A stretch of DNA of 64,000 nucleotides from an uncultured Parcubacteria group bacterium (GCA_903944135.1 CAJAQL010000016.1:1903-65902), one strand, 5' to 3'; shown: positions 1 through 10,912, counted from the first letter of the stretch. The notes: generated from the sequence alone by a model not told the origin. A program made the numbers and translations.

Positions 1-535
1 CAACCGCAACAGTGGCGGTTGCAGTGTATTCATCCGCCATGCCGCCATCGGCAACATTATCGCTCGTAAGTTCGATCACATCCCCTGCAACGGTATAAGT
101 CGTAGTGTTTACGCGCGTAACCGATGTTACCACGACATGATCCGGCCATGGACTTGAAACCTGCCGCCCCGGCGCCTTCGCGGGATTTTGCATCCATGCC
201 GCGAGAAGCGAAGGCGAAACCAGATCACGATAGTTATCGGCGACCGCCTGCGCGGCGATCTTTTTCGGAGCATTCGTTGAAACGAATTGCATCACCCTGC
301 CGAAATTCGTGACAACATTGTCAACTGCGACCTCTACCGGATCGCTCCCCTGCTTCACGAAAACCTTGCCGTAAGCCTCGCATTGGAGCGGATAGGTTTT
401 CGAGGCAGGGAAACCGGCACCGACACAGTCATCAAAACTTCCGATCGCCACCCGGCGGTAATAATTCAGACAAAAAACACTGCCCACAACGAGCAGCGCC
501 GCCACGATTGCTAAAAGGATCCATTTTCGCTTCAT
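1..535 (-). CDS. Partial hypothetical secreted or membrane-anchored protein. The N-terminus is in the window and the C-terminus lies beyond the window edge
   Basis: Hand translation of the minus strand from the ATG at 535..533 gives MKRKWILLAIVAALLVVGSVFCLNYYRR... (signal-anchor-like), and the frame stays open to position 1. It is not in the ORF track because it runs off the window edge. Plus-strand ORFs 124..312 and 287..514 overlap it. Confidence 0.4.
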   Translation of the reverse strand, partial: MKRKWILLAIVAALLVVGSVFCLNYYRRVAIGSFDDCVGAGFPASKTYPLQCEAYGKVFVKQGSDPVEVAVDNVVTNFGRVMQFVSTNAPKKIAAQAVADNYRDLVSPSLLAAWMQNPAKAPGRQVSSPWPDHVVVTSVTRVNTTTYTVAGDVIELTSDNVADGGMADEYTATATVAV

Positions 536-874
536 CATTATTACATTCTCCTGTTTTTTGGTGGATACGGCAAGAGACAATATTCTTTTTCGGAATATCG
601 CTTTTATATTCTCTATTTTATCACGCACGATCTCTATGCCTGCATGACATAAATTTGCCCCTCGAATTTCGCGGGATCCTCGATTCGCATAAACAAAACA
701 CAACCTTCTTGATTTCAAAGGTTTGTGGCTTACCACGAGTGAGATCATTAAAATGATTGCTTGCCCCACGCCGCTGAAGCTCCGCGGGGCACTACTTCGC
801 GCCCTTAACCGAAGCTTCATCTGATTGGAAACGTGCTTGCACCGCGAAGCCCTTGACTCTTATCAAGGGCGAAG

Positions 875-948
875 TGGTGGACCGAGGGAGAATCGGACTC
901 CCGCCTCCGCAATGCGAATGCGGCGTAATACCACTTTACTATCGGCCC
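875..948 (-). tRNA. tRNA-Ala (anticodon CGC), with CCA encoded
   Basis: Minus-strand cloverleaf: acceptor GGGCCGA/TCGGTCC with the G3:U70 wobble (the Ala identity element), D-stem GTAA/TTAC, anticodon arm CCGCA-TTCGCAT-TGCGG, T-stem GGGAG/CTCCC, then discriminator A and CCA. The T-loop reads TCCGATT, which is unusual. Confidence 0.7.
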
Positions 949-1010
949 GAAAACACAATGATAACAGTACCAAGAATATCAAAACCAGCAGGAAAAACAA
1001 GCAGGAAGTC

Positions 1011-1493
1011 TCACAAAGAGAAAATCTCTTGATTCTCCAGCGCCTTCAACCCGATCTCGAATATCTCTTTCATATGGGGGATATCACGGAGCACGCGGCG
1101 AGCATCTTGCTCTTCAAGCCAGATCGCACCCCTGATCTCATCCGGCGGCAATATAAGCGGCACCCTTCCTTTCATATGGACAAGGAATGGATAGATTATG
1201 GTATTTTTTTGATACCGTTCCGATTTTGGATTGCGGTACAGATCTTCATATTCCTTTTCCCAATCAATACGGCTCATCAGATAATCCTTCGGCGCCAACC
1301 CGAGCTCCTCGCACAGCTCCCGCTCAAGCGCGCCTTCAAGATCTTTATCTTCTAAATCCTTGCATCCGCCGGGAATCGTAAAACCTCCTCCGCATTCCTG
1401 CGTGATCAAAAACAATCTTTTATCTCCCTCTTTTCTCCAAACAACAGCCCTGACATTCTTCATTTTACCGTCCGAAAGATCAAGATTGGCCAT
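1011..1493 (-). CDS. NUDIX hydrolase
   Basis: A Nudix box GGCKDLEDKDLEGALERELCEELGL (GX5EX7REUXEEXGU pattern) in a 160-aa ORF. Confidence 0.8.
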   Translation of the reverse strand: MANLDLSDGKMKNVRAVVWRKEGDKRLFLITQECGGGFTIPGGCKDLEDKDLEGALERELCEELGLAPKDYLMSRIDWEKEYEDLYRNPKSERYQKNTIIYPFLVHMKGRVPLILPPDEIRGAIWLEEQDARRVLRDIPHMKEIFEIGLKALENQEIFSL

Positions 1494-1538
1494 GGAGATA
1501 TTATTTCCTATGTTCTTGAGAATATGGGAATAAATGGA

Positions 1539-3716
1539 TCATTCTTCGAATTTCATCGAAACGATCTTTGAGGTTCCGTCGTCGTCGAGCGTCACGCCAT
1601 AGAGCACATCAGCGGATTCCATCGTCGCGCGATTGTGGGTTACCACGATGAACTGCGTGTGCTTCGAAAATTCGCGGAGCATCTCGGAGAACCGGCGCGC
1701 ATTGCGTTCATCGAGCGGCGCATCGACCTCGTCAAGCACGAGGAACGGCGGCGGACTTACCGATATCATCGCGAAGACCGCGGCAATGCCGACCAGGCTC
1801 CGCTCGCCGCCCGAAAGAACGTCGAGCGATGTTATTTTTTTCCGCGGAAGCTTCACGTCGATCTCAATGCCGTTATTGTCTTCGGGGGCAATATCTTCCT
1901 CTGCCGCTTCTTCGGTCTCGGCCGGAACATCTTCCTCTTCATCGATTCTCGGCTTGTCAATTTTCGGTTTAAGGATCTTTAATTTCGCCGACCCGCCGCC
2001 GAACATCACCGTGAAGAACTTCTCGAACTCCTTGTTGATCTTTTCGAGCGAACCCTCGAACTCCGTCTTGATCTTTTCCGAAAGCTCCTGCATGAGCTTC
2101 GTGAGGTCGCGGACGGCCGCCTCGAGATCTTCGGATTCTTTTGCGAGGAATCCGTAGCGCGATTCAGTGTCTTTCGCCTCCTTCATAAGCGCCTCATCGA
2201 CTTCGCCGATCGACGCAAGATCGCCACGCAAGCGGAACATGCGCCGTTCCATCTCGGAGAGATCGCCACGCTGCGAAACACTTGCCGCATCCGTCGGTGC
2301 GAATTCTTCCGGCCGACGGCCTGATTGCTCTATCTGACGCGACATTTCCTCGCGTCGCAGGTCAAGGCGCTCGCGCTCAAGGACAAAGCTGCGATTCCGA
2401 TTTTCCCATTCCCCGATCCTGTTTTTGGCGATCTGCACCTCTCCGACTGCCGCCTTGAACATCTGATAGAAACCTTCCTGGCCCTTCTCAAAAAGCTGCT
2501 CCTTTTTCCGAAGCTCGGCGATCTCTGCGTCAAGCGCACGGAAATCTTTGGTGATTTTTTCGAATTCTTTCCGCAAGCCTTCCGGGATTTCCGCCGGAGC
2601 CTCCTCCTTTTCATCCAACGTAAGATCGATCTCCTCGAGCATTTTTTCGACGGTTGCGTGCAGTTCGCGGACATCTTCCTCGAGTGCGCGTTCAAGCTCG
2701 ATCCTCATTTTTCTCACAAGTTCCAGAAGTTTTTCCGCGGGATACCCCGCACGCGCTTTCGGCGTTGCCGCCATTTCCATCTGTGCCTCAAGCCGCCCAA
2801 GGTCCTTCTGCATTACGTTCCGTCGATCCATGAGCGCGCGAATATCTTCCTTGATCTTGCCCAGTTCCTTTTTTTCCTCCGGCTGGCTCGCTTCGATATC
2901 CGCCTGGCGCTTTTCCGCCGCACGCAGAGCCGCGTCAAGCGCCTCGCGTTGCTTTTTGTTCTCCGCGATCTTCTCTCCGATAAGGCTTTCACTGACGGCA
3001 ATATCCTTCAACTGCGAACCAAAAAAATCATTCTCCAGATTTCGTAGTTCCTCCGCAAGCTCGCCGCGGCGTTCCCAGCGCCCCGTCTGGCGTTTGAGAG
3101 ATCGCAGATGCGGCAAGATCTCCTCGATAAGCGCCTTGGTTTTATCGAGATTGATGCGGCTGTTCCTCAATCGCCGCTCGGCATCTGTTTTCTTCAATTG
3201 ATACTCACGAAGCCCCAACATTTCCTCGATCATCTCACGGCGCTCCATCGGGGTCGAACGGATAAAAAGATCGCTGTCGCCCTGTCCGATGATGATGAGC
3301 CCCTTGGATCCGAGCCGCGCTTTCGCGAAGAAATCGATGAGGTCGCGCAAAAGGATCTCCGATTTGTTCAGAAAATATTTACTTTCGCCGCCGCGCGAGA
3401 TCTGGCGGGTGACGACCACTTCCTCGAAATCGACCGGAAAGAACTTGTTCTTGTTCTCGAAATGCAGACTGGCGCTCGCCATACCGACGCGGGCACGTTT
3501 CTGGGTTCCTGCAAAAATAAGATCTTCAACTTTGCTGCCGCGCAGATTCTTAGCATCCCGCTCCCCCAAAAGCCAGCGGATGGAATCGACGACATTCGAT
3601 TTTCCGCTGCCATTCGGTCCGACGATCGCCACAATGCCCGCCGGAAATTCCAGGACCGTCTTATTGGCAAAGGATTTAAAACCGTTCAGTTCGAGTTTTT
3701 TTAAAAAATGAGACAT
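1539..3716 (-). CDS. smc: SMC-family chromosome segregation ATPase, unusually short (725 aa) with no recognisable hinge domain
   Basis: N-terminal Walker A FPAGIVAIVGPNGSGKSN and an SMC-type LGERDAKNLRGSKVEDLIF motif. C-terminal signature LSGGERSLVGIA and Walker B FLVLDEVDAPLD. The middle is all coiled-coil-like charged sequence. Confidence 0.8.
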   Translation of the reverse strand: MSHFLKKLELNGFKSFANKTVLEFPAGIVAIVGPNGSGKSNVVDSIRWLLGERDAKNLRGSKVEDLIFAGTQKRARVGMASASLHFENKNKFFPVDFEEVVVTRQISRGGESKYFLNKSEILLRDLIDFFAKARLGSKGLIIIGQGDSDLFIRSTPMERREMIEEMLGLREYQLKKTDAERRLRNSRINLDKTKALIEEILPHLRSLKRQTGRWERRGELAEELRNLENDFFGSQLKDIAVSESLIGEKIAENKKQREALDAALRAAEKRQADIEASQPEEKKELGKIKEDIRALMDRRNVMQKDLGRLEAQMEMAATPKARAGYPAEKLLELVRKMRIELERALEEDVRELHATVEKMLEEIDLTLDEKEEAPAEIPEGLRKEFEKITKDFRALDAEIAELRKKEQLFEKGQEGFYQMFKAAVGEVQIAKNRIGEWENRNRSFVLERERLDLRREEMSRQIEQSGRRPEEFAPTDAASVSQRGDLSEMERRMFRLRGDLASIGEVDEALMKEAKDTESRYGFLAKESEDLEAAVRDLTKLMQELSEKIKTEFEGSLEKINKEFEKFFTVMFGGGSAKLKILKPKIDKPRIDEEEDVPAETEEAAEEDIAPEDNNGIEIDVKLPRKKITSLDVLSGGERSLVGIAAVFAMISVSPPPFLVLDEVDAPLDERNARRFSEMLREFSKHTQFIVVTHNRATMESADVLYGVTLDDDGTSKIVSMKFEE

Positions 3717-3757
3717 TTTTCTTTCATTTCCGGAAAACAGGGATCCTTCTTGAGAAA

Positions 3758-4444
3758 TTACTTTCCATATTTCTGAAGCGCGCTTTTTGCAGCTTCGATC
3801 TCGGCATCCTGTTTTGAAAGCCCTTCCCCTTCTGCGATCAGCTTATCGCCAAAATAGACGCCCATCGTAAAACGGCGCTCATGAGCCGGACCTGATTCGT
3901 CCCGCACGGCATAGGTCGGCGTCACTTTTAATTTTTCCTGAATGATCTCCTGCAGTTCGCTTTTCGCATCCTTATAGCTCTTTGTTTTCAAGACCTCGTC
4001 AAGATGAACCAGTACGAATTTCTCAACGAACGCGCGCGTCGTTTCGAACCCCTGGTCAAGATAGATGGCGCCGATCACCGCTTCGATCGCGTTCGCCAAA
4101 ATGACCTCGCGCGCCCGGCCAGTATCCTTCCGCTCGCCGCGCGACATGAGGATGAAGTCCTGAAGATCGATATTCTCGGCGACCCGCGCAAGGATCTGAT
4201 AGTTCACGAGTGCCGCACGGAGAACCGTCAACTGGCCCTCCGGCTGTTTCGGAAATTTTCGGAAGAGGGCATCTGTCACGATAAGCTCAAGTACGGCATC
4301 GCCCAGATATTCAAGCCTCTCATTATGCGGCAAATGCCAATGCGGATATTCATTCAGGTAGGAACGATGGGTCAGAGCCTCGATGATCAGGTCCTTGTTC
4401 TTGAAAATGACGCCTATCTTCTTCCCGTATTCTTCAGGGTTCAT
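3758..4444 (-). CDS. rnc: Ribonuclease III
   Basis: RNase III signature [13 protein letters not shown] and a C-terminal dsRBD-like region. The ORF is 228 aa and its start overlaps the nusB stop by 4 nt. Confidence 0.9.
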   Translation of the reverse strand: MNPEEYGKKIGVIFKNKDLIIEALTHRSYLNEYPHWHLPHNERLEYLGDAVLELIVTDALFRKFPKQPEGQLTVLRAALVNYQILARVAENIDLQDFILMSRGERKDTGRAREVILANAIEAVIGAIYLDQGFETTRAFVEKFVLVHLDEVLKTKSYKDAKSELQEIIQEKLKVTPTYAVRDESGPAHERRFTMGVYFGDKLIAEGEGLSKQDAEIEAAKSALQKYGK

Positions 4445-4947
4445 GGTTTTTTCGCTTGCCCGCCATCAGGCGGCGTCTGTTGTTCGATTTTCTTTTTGGT
4501 ATTATGCCCTTCAGGATCCTCCATTTCGCGATAGATCGTCCCCAGAACTCCGTTCACGAACCGCGACGTGTTCGGCCCGCCATAATTTTTAGCCAGCTCT
4601 ATCGCCTCATTGATCGCAACGCGCGGCGGCACTTCATTATGGTCCGCAAACAGAAGTTCATACAGGCCGATACGCAGGATATTGCGGTCCATGACCGCGA
4701 TCTTATCAACCGGCCAGTCGGGGGCCGCCTTCGTGAGGATTTCGTCGATCTCCGTAAGATGTTCGATGACTCCCTTTAAAATGCGCCACGCAAAATCCGG
4801 TTCATCGATGCCCGGCGCAAATTCTTCAAGATTCCGTTCGAGAATGGCGGTGACGTCTTTCTCTTGCTTATAAAAATCCCACTCGTAGAGTGTCTGCAGA
4901 ATAACGGTCCTTATAAGATGCCTTGTTGCCATGATTGAAAAGAACAA
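4441..4947 (-). CDS. nusB: Transcription antitermination factor NusB
   Basis: NusB-like all-helical sequence ([17 protein letters not shown]...[16 protein letters not shown]), 168 aa. Confidence 0.8.
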   Translation of the reverse strand: MFFSIMATRHLIRTVILQTLYEWDFYKQEKDVTAILERNLEEFAPGIDEPDFAWRILKGVIEHLTEIDEILTKAAPDWPVDKIAVMDRNILRIGLYELLFADHNEVPPRVAINEAIELAKNYGGPNTSRFVNGVLGTIYREMEDPEGHNTKKKIEQQTPPDGGQAKKP

Positions 4948-4994
4948 TTATCAAACGTTCTCGGCCCCTAAAAAACAAGCACCCGCCTCGGCGC

Positions 4995-5147
4995 TTATTT
5001 CTTTCCGCACTGCGCACAAAGGCGATGTGCCATTCTCGGCGCGCCGCAGTTCTTGCAAACCATCAGCCGCTCTTTTTTCATCGCCAAATGAGACCGTCGC
5101 CGGCCCACTTTGCCATGGGTATGATGTTTTACTGGTACGCCTGCCAT
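4995..5147 (-). CDS. rpmF: 50S ribosomal protein L32
   Basis: Hand translation of the minus strand gives MAGVPVKHHTHGKVGRRRSHLAMKKERLMVCKNCGAPRMAHRLCAQCGKK. This is 50 aa, below the ORF-track cutoff, with the classic L32 C4 zinc ribbon. Confidence 0.85.
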   Translation of the reverse strand: MAGVPVKHHTHGKVGRRRSHLAMKKERLMVCKNCGAPRMAHRLCAQCGKK

Positions 5148-5202
5148 AGTGGTTATATGATATTCCATCATCCCAAAAACCGCAAGAGGGTGTCTGGTTT
5201 TA

Positions 5203-5247
5203 AAGAGTCCACCTCAGGGGACGGCCGTCCCCAAAGGTGGACTCTTA
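5203..5247. terminator. Long perfect hairpin between groEL and rpmF, a possible groESL terminator or RNA processing stem
   Basis: AAGAGTCCACC...GGTGGACTCTT outer stem enclosing the palindrome GGGGACGGCCGTCCCC. No clear U-tract follows on either strand. Confidence 0.4.
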
Positions 5248-5299
5248 AGACAGAAATCCGCTGCTTCAAAATAACGGTCAACAACCCTTAACCCTTATC

Positions 5300-7230
<1,931 letters not shown>

Positions 7231-7300
7231 TTTTTTATTTTTTAGGATCCATTCTCGTTTTGAATGCCATACTCGGCATATCGAAACGAGAACGGACTTT

Positions 7301-7327
7301 TTAGCACTCGTGGACCAAGAGTGCTAA
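7301..7327. promoter_or_regulatory. CIRCE operator (HrcA binding site) upstream of groES
   Basis: TTAGCACTC-N9-GAGTGCTAA perfect inverted repeat, TTAGCACTCGTGGACCAAGAGTGCTAA. Confidence 0.9.
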
Positions 7328-7331
7328 TAGC

Positions 7332-7359
7332 ATTTTAGCCCTTGCGCCGACCGTGTCAA
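7332..7359 (-). promoter_or_regulatory. Sigma70-like promoter for groESL
   Basis: The minus strand reads TTGACA-16 nt-TAAAAT directly upstream of CIRCE. Confidence 0.55.
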
Positions 7360-7473
7360 GAACCCGTGGTACCATTGAAAAATATTTTAAAGATACCCCC
7401 AAGGAACCGCTCGTTCACCCAAACGAACGATCAAGCGATAATGCTATACTAAAAGAAAAGGTCGGCACATCGT

Positions 7474-7704
7474 TTGTTATATTTCCCAATGGAACGCATT
7501 GAAATCGTTTTAAAATCTCTCCGCAGTATGGCTTGGATGTTCGCTCTTCAGGGCATCCTTGCGATCGTTTTCGGTTTTCTCATCATCCTCTATCCACCGA
7601 TTCTCGCAATCCTCGTTGGAACGATCCTTGTTATCGCCGGCATCGTAGGCATCATTGCGGCGATCATGATCGGCAAGGTCTCGAAGATTAAATTGGAAGC
7701 GTAG
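7474..7704 (+). CDS. Small membrane protein (HdeD/DUF308-like, two TM helices)
   Basis: 76 aa with a Gly/Ile/Ala-rich hydrophobic stretch LAIVFGFLIILYPPILAILVGTILVIAGIVGIIAAI. Confidence 0.45.
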   Translation: MLYFPMERIEIVLKSLRSMAWMFALQGILAIVFGFLIILYPPILAILVGTILVIAGIVGIIAAIMIGKVSKIKLEA

Positions 7705-7726
7705 ATCTTTGCTCCATACATAAAAT

Positions 7727-7761
7727 ATAAAAAGCGCCTGTTCTTGCGAACGGGCGCTTTT
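7727..7761. terminator. Bidirectional rho-independent terminator between the convergent genes 7474..7704 and trxB
   Basis: AAAAAGCGCCTGTTC-TTGC-GAACGGGCGCTTTTT, a 10 bp stem with an A-run and a T-run on the flanks. Confidence 0.7.
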
Positions 7762-7789
7762 TACATCAGCAGTCTTCCATGAATATCCC

Positions 7790-8707
7790 TCACCTCTTGA
7801 ACTGATCATAGATATTGAGCACCGCCTTGATAGCGTCGCCGGCAGAAATATTATTCTGTTTATAGAGAACGTCGCTTACGTCGCCGGCTGCCCAGATGCC
7901 CGGGCACGACGTCGCCTGCGTCTTTGCATCAACCTTCACGGCACCATACGCGTCACGATCCACAAGATCCTTCACGAAATCGGAATTCGGCAAAAGTCCG
8001 ATCTCCACAAAAACACCATCGAGCGGGAGTTCTTTTATCTCGCCGCTTTTGACGTTCTGGTACGTTATCCCGGTTACGAGATCCTTTCCTTCCACCCCCT
8101 GCACAACCGCATTCCAAACGATCTCAACTTTGGGTTCGTTCTTTATCTTTTCCTGCGTTATCGGGTCGCCTTTCAATATCTCCGAACGGATCATGAGGTA
8201 TATTTTCGAGGCATACGGCAAAAGATCGATCACGGACTCAAGTGCGGAATTGCCGCCGCCTACGACCGCGACCGTCTTTTCTCCGAAAAGCGGCGCATCA
8301 CAGATCGAACAATACACCACGCCCTTGCCTTCAAATGCCGCCTCGCCCGGAACGCCGAGCTTTTTGCGACTGCTCCCGGAAACAAGAAGGATATATTTGG
8401 TCTCATAGGTTTTGGCGTTCTTTGTGGCAAGCGAAAATGAACCGTCCTCTTTTTTTTGCACGGCCATAACCCTATCGTCGTCCACGATCTCAATTCCTTT
8501 CTGTGCACGGAGATGACCTTCAAGATTTTTCGCGAGATCAAAACCGGAAATTGACGGCGTACCGATCCAATTCTGGATCTCGGCCGAAACCACCGACTGG
8601 CCGCCAAGGCCATCAGTAATTAAAAGCGTGCTCATCTTTTTGCGCGCAGCGTAAATGCCGGCCGCAATACCGGCAGGACCTCCTCCAATGATGATCAGAT
8701 CGTACAT
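7790..8707 (-). CDS. trxB: Thioredoxin-disulfide reductase
   Basis: FAD motif DLIIIGGGPAG, NADPH motif VAVVGGGNSA and a redox-active CSICDA (CxxC) motif. 305 aa. Confidence 0.9.
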   Translation of the reverse strand: MYDLIIIGGGPAGIAAGIYAARKKMSTLLITDGLGGQSVVSAEIQNWIGTPSISGFDLAKNLEGHLRAQKGIEIVDDDRVMAVQKKEDGSFSLATKNAKTYETKYILLVSGSSRKKLGVPGEAAFEGKGVVYCSICDAPLFGEKTVAVVGGGNSALESVIDLLPYASKIYLMIRSEILKGDPITQEKIKNEPKVEIVWNAVVQGVEGKDLVTGITYQNVKSGEIKELPLDGVFVEIGLLPNSDFVKDLVDRDAYGAVKVDAKTQATSCPGIWAAGDVSDVLYKQNNISAGDAIKAVLNIYDQFKR

Positions 8708-8722
8708 AGCTCTATAATGATA

Positions 8723-9295
8723 TCACGAAGTTGCCGCAATGCTTTCATTTTCTTTCGTCGGCGCCAGTTGCAAGGCGGTTCTCACGTCACGAAACAGCCA
8801 ATGGATGAACCATCCTGAAATAACGCCTATCAGAGCGCCAATAACGATATCGAGCGGCCAATGTACGCCGACATAGATCCGCGCGACACCCATGATGGCC
8901 GAGAGCGCAAAATACCATATCCCCCATTTTCGATTTGCGTACCAAACCGCAAGTGAGAGCGCAAAAAACCAAGTCATATGCCCCGATGGGAACGAGGGGC
9001 CGCTCTCGCCGATCAGCGGGGAAAAACCAAGCAAGACGAACGGGCGCGCCACCTTATAGAAAAATCTGATACCTTCCGTAAGAATGCCCCGAGAGAGAAT
9101 CACAGCGAGCGTTCCTTCCGCAAAAAGATAGAACCTTCGCCGTGCGCCCGACTCGCGGAACACCAAGACAAGAAACCCGATGACCAGAAGATAGGGCAGG
9201 TATTCCGCAAAAAAAATACCGAGAACATCAGTGAAAACCGAATGTCCGCTCAGATTATGGATGACATTGAAAAGAGAAAGATTCCAAAAAGGCAT
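8723..9295 (-). CDS. PAP2-family membrane phosphatase (undecaprenyl-diphosphatase/PgpB-like)
   Basis: PAP2 motifs SFPSGHMT and RIYVGVHWPLD in a polytopic 190-aa protein. Confidence 0.75.
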   Translation of the reverse strand: MPFWNLSLFNVIHNLSGHSVFTDVLGIFFAEYLPYLLVIGFLVLVFRESGARRRFYLFAEGTLAVILSRGILTEGIRFFYKVARPFVLLGFSPLIGESGPSFPSGHMTWFFALSLAVWYANRKWGIWYFALSAIMGVARIYVGVHWPLDIVIGALIGVISGWFIHWLFRDVRTALQLAPTKENESIAATS

Positions 9296-9358
9296 GAAAA
9301 GATTAAAGCACGGAATACCGGAAAATAAAAGATGAAGCAGGCCTGAATATGGAGGCGA

Positions 9359-10297
9359 TCATACAGATGCCGCCACCGCCTCCATTGCTTCTGTCGGCCC
9401 CTTCATGCGCGCAAGCACCGGCCCAAGCTTCTGTACGAAGTATTGGGCAACGCCGTACAACGCGTCAAGATCAACTTTTTTACTGACCGTTTTGTTGTCA
9501 TAGATGAAAAGATCATTGTTCACGATCTCGAGGCTTAATCCTCTGCATTTCTCCTCAAGCTCCGCCATGATATCGGGCGTGAATATCTCGAGCGCCTCGA
9601 CCTCGTATCCCTTTTTAATGCTCAAAGAAAAATATTTATTGAAATCCCCTTCAAGCTTGACGTGCTCAGAAAGCTGACCGAAAAGCTCGCCGCTAAAAAA
9701 AGATTCTTTCTTCTCCAGCAGGAGATCCGGCATGTCGACATCGAATTCCAGGCGAAACACCGTGTATGGATGCACTTGCCGCTGCTTCCCCTCGCCGGTC
9801 ACATATGAATAGAGGAAAAGCGAGATGGGACATCCGAAATATTCCCCGCTTACCGTATCGCGGACCGAGTGATCATGCCCTAAACGAAAAAGCGCACCAT
9901 CAAGCCCCACGGAGCTACCGGCGGGCGAGAAAATATAACCGTTCGCTTCAGCGAACTGACGCATGAATTCATCCTGAATACGCTGGCGCACAACCCCATA
10001 GGCGACGGCAAGCAACACCAAAGGAACCATGACAAGGATCGCGTCCGCACTATTATCGTTCCCTGCACTATTTAAAATGAAAACCGTAATGGCGCCGACC
10101 TCGAAGAGGACGATCACCGCGAGGCAAATGACGATCCTCCATAGATGCGCGCGGAGATACGTCACCATGCTCTGATCGACGCTCTGGATCTGTTCCTGAA
10201 CCGGCGCTGACACATCCGGCACGGCAACGGCAACATCCGATCCTTGCTCTGGGTCGTTATGAACCTCCACAACCTGATCCTCCATTGGCTCGTCCAT
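9359..10297 (-). CDS. Hypothetical membrane-anchored protein with an acidic N-terminus, one TM and a soluble domain
   Basis: The ORF-track entry 9359..10573 reads through the tRNA-Lys region. The plausible start is ATG at 10297 (MDEPMEDQ...); 10336 is an alternative. A TM helix (IVICLAVIVLF) is followed by a conserved-looking soluble domain. Confidence 0.5.
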   Translation of the reverse strand: MDEPMEDQVVEVHNDPEQGSDVAVAVPDVSAPVQEQIQSVDQSMVTYLRAHLWRIVICLAVIVLFEVGAITVFILNSAGNDNSADAILVMVPLVLLAVAYGVVRQRIQDEFMRQFAEANGYIFSPAGSSVGLDGALFRLGHDHSVRDTVSGEYFGCPISLFLYSYVTGEGKQRQVHPYTVFRLEFDVDMPDLLLEKKESFFSGELFGQLSEHVKLEGDFNKYFSLSIKKGYEVEALEIFTPDIMAELEEKCRGLSLEIVNNDLFIYDNKTVSKKVDLDALYGVAQYFVQKLGPVLARMKGPTEAMEAVAASV

Positions 10298-10406
10298 ATG
10301 ATGATTTTTAAGATCCGCGAATATCGTCTGGCCCATCGGCAGCGAGGCAGCAATAAAAATGAATTTGCCTTGAGTGACGGGCTGGCAGTGAATCGAAAAT
10401 ATAAAG

Positions 10407-10430
10407 ACGATGCCCCTTTTCGGGCATCGT
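10407..10430 (-). terminator. Hairpin plus U-rich tract downstream of the tRNA cluster, on the minus strand
   Basis: ACGATGCCC-GAAAAG-GGGCATCGT followed on the minus strand by CTTTATATTTTC. Confidence 0.45.
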
Positions 10431-10512
10431 GCCCCCACCAGGATTTGAATCCTCGTCTTCACGAGGACAGGCTCGCGGAACCGTCTCCTTACCATCGGGA
10501 GTGAGGCGAAAA
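10429..10512 (-). pseudogene. tRNA-like fragment or degenerate tRNA. It carries a 21 bp copy of the tRNA-Lys T-arm/acceptor 3' end (10429..10449) and does not fold into a cloverleaf
   Basis: The minus strand ...CCTCGTGAAGACGAGGATTCAAATCCTGGTGGGGGCAC shares TTCAAATCCTGGTGGGGGCAC exactly with tRNA-Lys. The upstream part forms hairpins (CTCC-CGATGGTAA-GGAG; CCTCGT-GAAG-ACGAGG). No acceptor 5' strand was found. Confidence 0.35.
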
Positions 10513-10542
10513 TAAAAATATGATTAGCAGTTGCGGACAGAG

Positions 10543-10615
10543 TGCCCCCACCAGGATTTGAACCTGGGACCATCTCCTTAAAAGGGAGCTGCTCTACCAG
10601 ACTGAGCTATAGGGG
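10543..10615 (-). tRNA. tRNA-Lys (anticodon TTT), no encoded CCA
   Basis: Minus-strand cloverleaf: acceptor GCCCCTA/TGGGGGC (one G-U pair), D-arm GCTC-AGTCTGGTA-GAGC, anticodon loop CTTTTAA, T-arm CCAGG-TTCAAAT-CCTGG, discriminator A. Confidence 0.85.
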
Positions 10616-10684
10616 CACTCTGTCCGCAACTAACTTCATTTAATCATATTTTTATTTTCGACGAACGATCCGATGGGCAAAATT

Positions 10685-10723
10685 ATTATTTTGCAAAAGG
10701 GAGCTGCTCTACCAGACTGAGCT
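10685..10723 (-). repeat. 39 bp direct copy of the tRNA-Lys 5' half (nt 1-36 plus 3 nt of flank). It stops exactly after the anticodon
   Basis: Identical to 10580..10618. Downstream of CTCCCTTTT the copy diverges into a GCAAAAT-AATAA-TTTTGC hairpin. Confidence 0.5.
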
Positions 10724-10838
10724 ATAGGGGCACGACGCCAACAAAGAATCGTCTTTATATTTTCAATGAACTGTCCACCGTAGCGCGAGCGACGGCGGGA
10801 GCTATATTGGGGCAAAATTCACTTATCAACAACCTCCG

Positions 10839-10912
10839 CGCGGTCGGCCGGAATCGAACCGGTAACCCCCGCCGTGACAGGGCGGTGCTCTAACCAATTG
10901 AGCTACGACCGC
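10839..10912 (-). tRNA. tRNA-Asp (anticodon GTC), no encoded CCA
   Basis: Acceptor GCGGTCG/CGACCGC, anticodon arm CCGCC-CTGTCAC-GGCGG, T-arm CCGGTTCGATTCCGG, discriminator G. Confidence 0.85.

Noticed and set aside
825-1355. Plus-strand ORF of 176 aa.
   Set aside because: It overlaps tRNA-Ala and the NUDIX gene on the opposite strand, with no motif and poor composition.
1633-3704. Multiple long plus-strand ORFs (1633..2157, 2325..3047, 2548..3201, 3108..3704) with Ser/Arg-rich low-complexity translations.
   Set aside because: They lie antisense or out of frame inside the well-supported SMC gene. Their composition reflects the reverse complement of a charged coiled-coil gene.
10431-10512. 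Calling this a functional tRNA gene.
   Set aside because: It shares a T-loop/acceptor 3' strand with tRNA-Lys, but the T-stem (GAGGA/CCTGG) does not pair and no acceptor 5' strand exists. It is treated as a fragment or pseudogene.
10298-10573. N-terminal 92 residues of the ORF-track entry 9359..10573.
   Set aside because: This part is the reverse complement of the tRNA-Lys/tRNA-like region. The real gene starts at the ATG at 10297 (or 10336).
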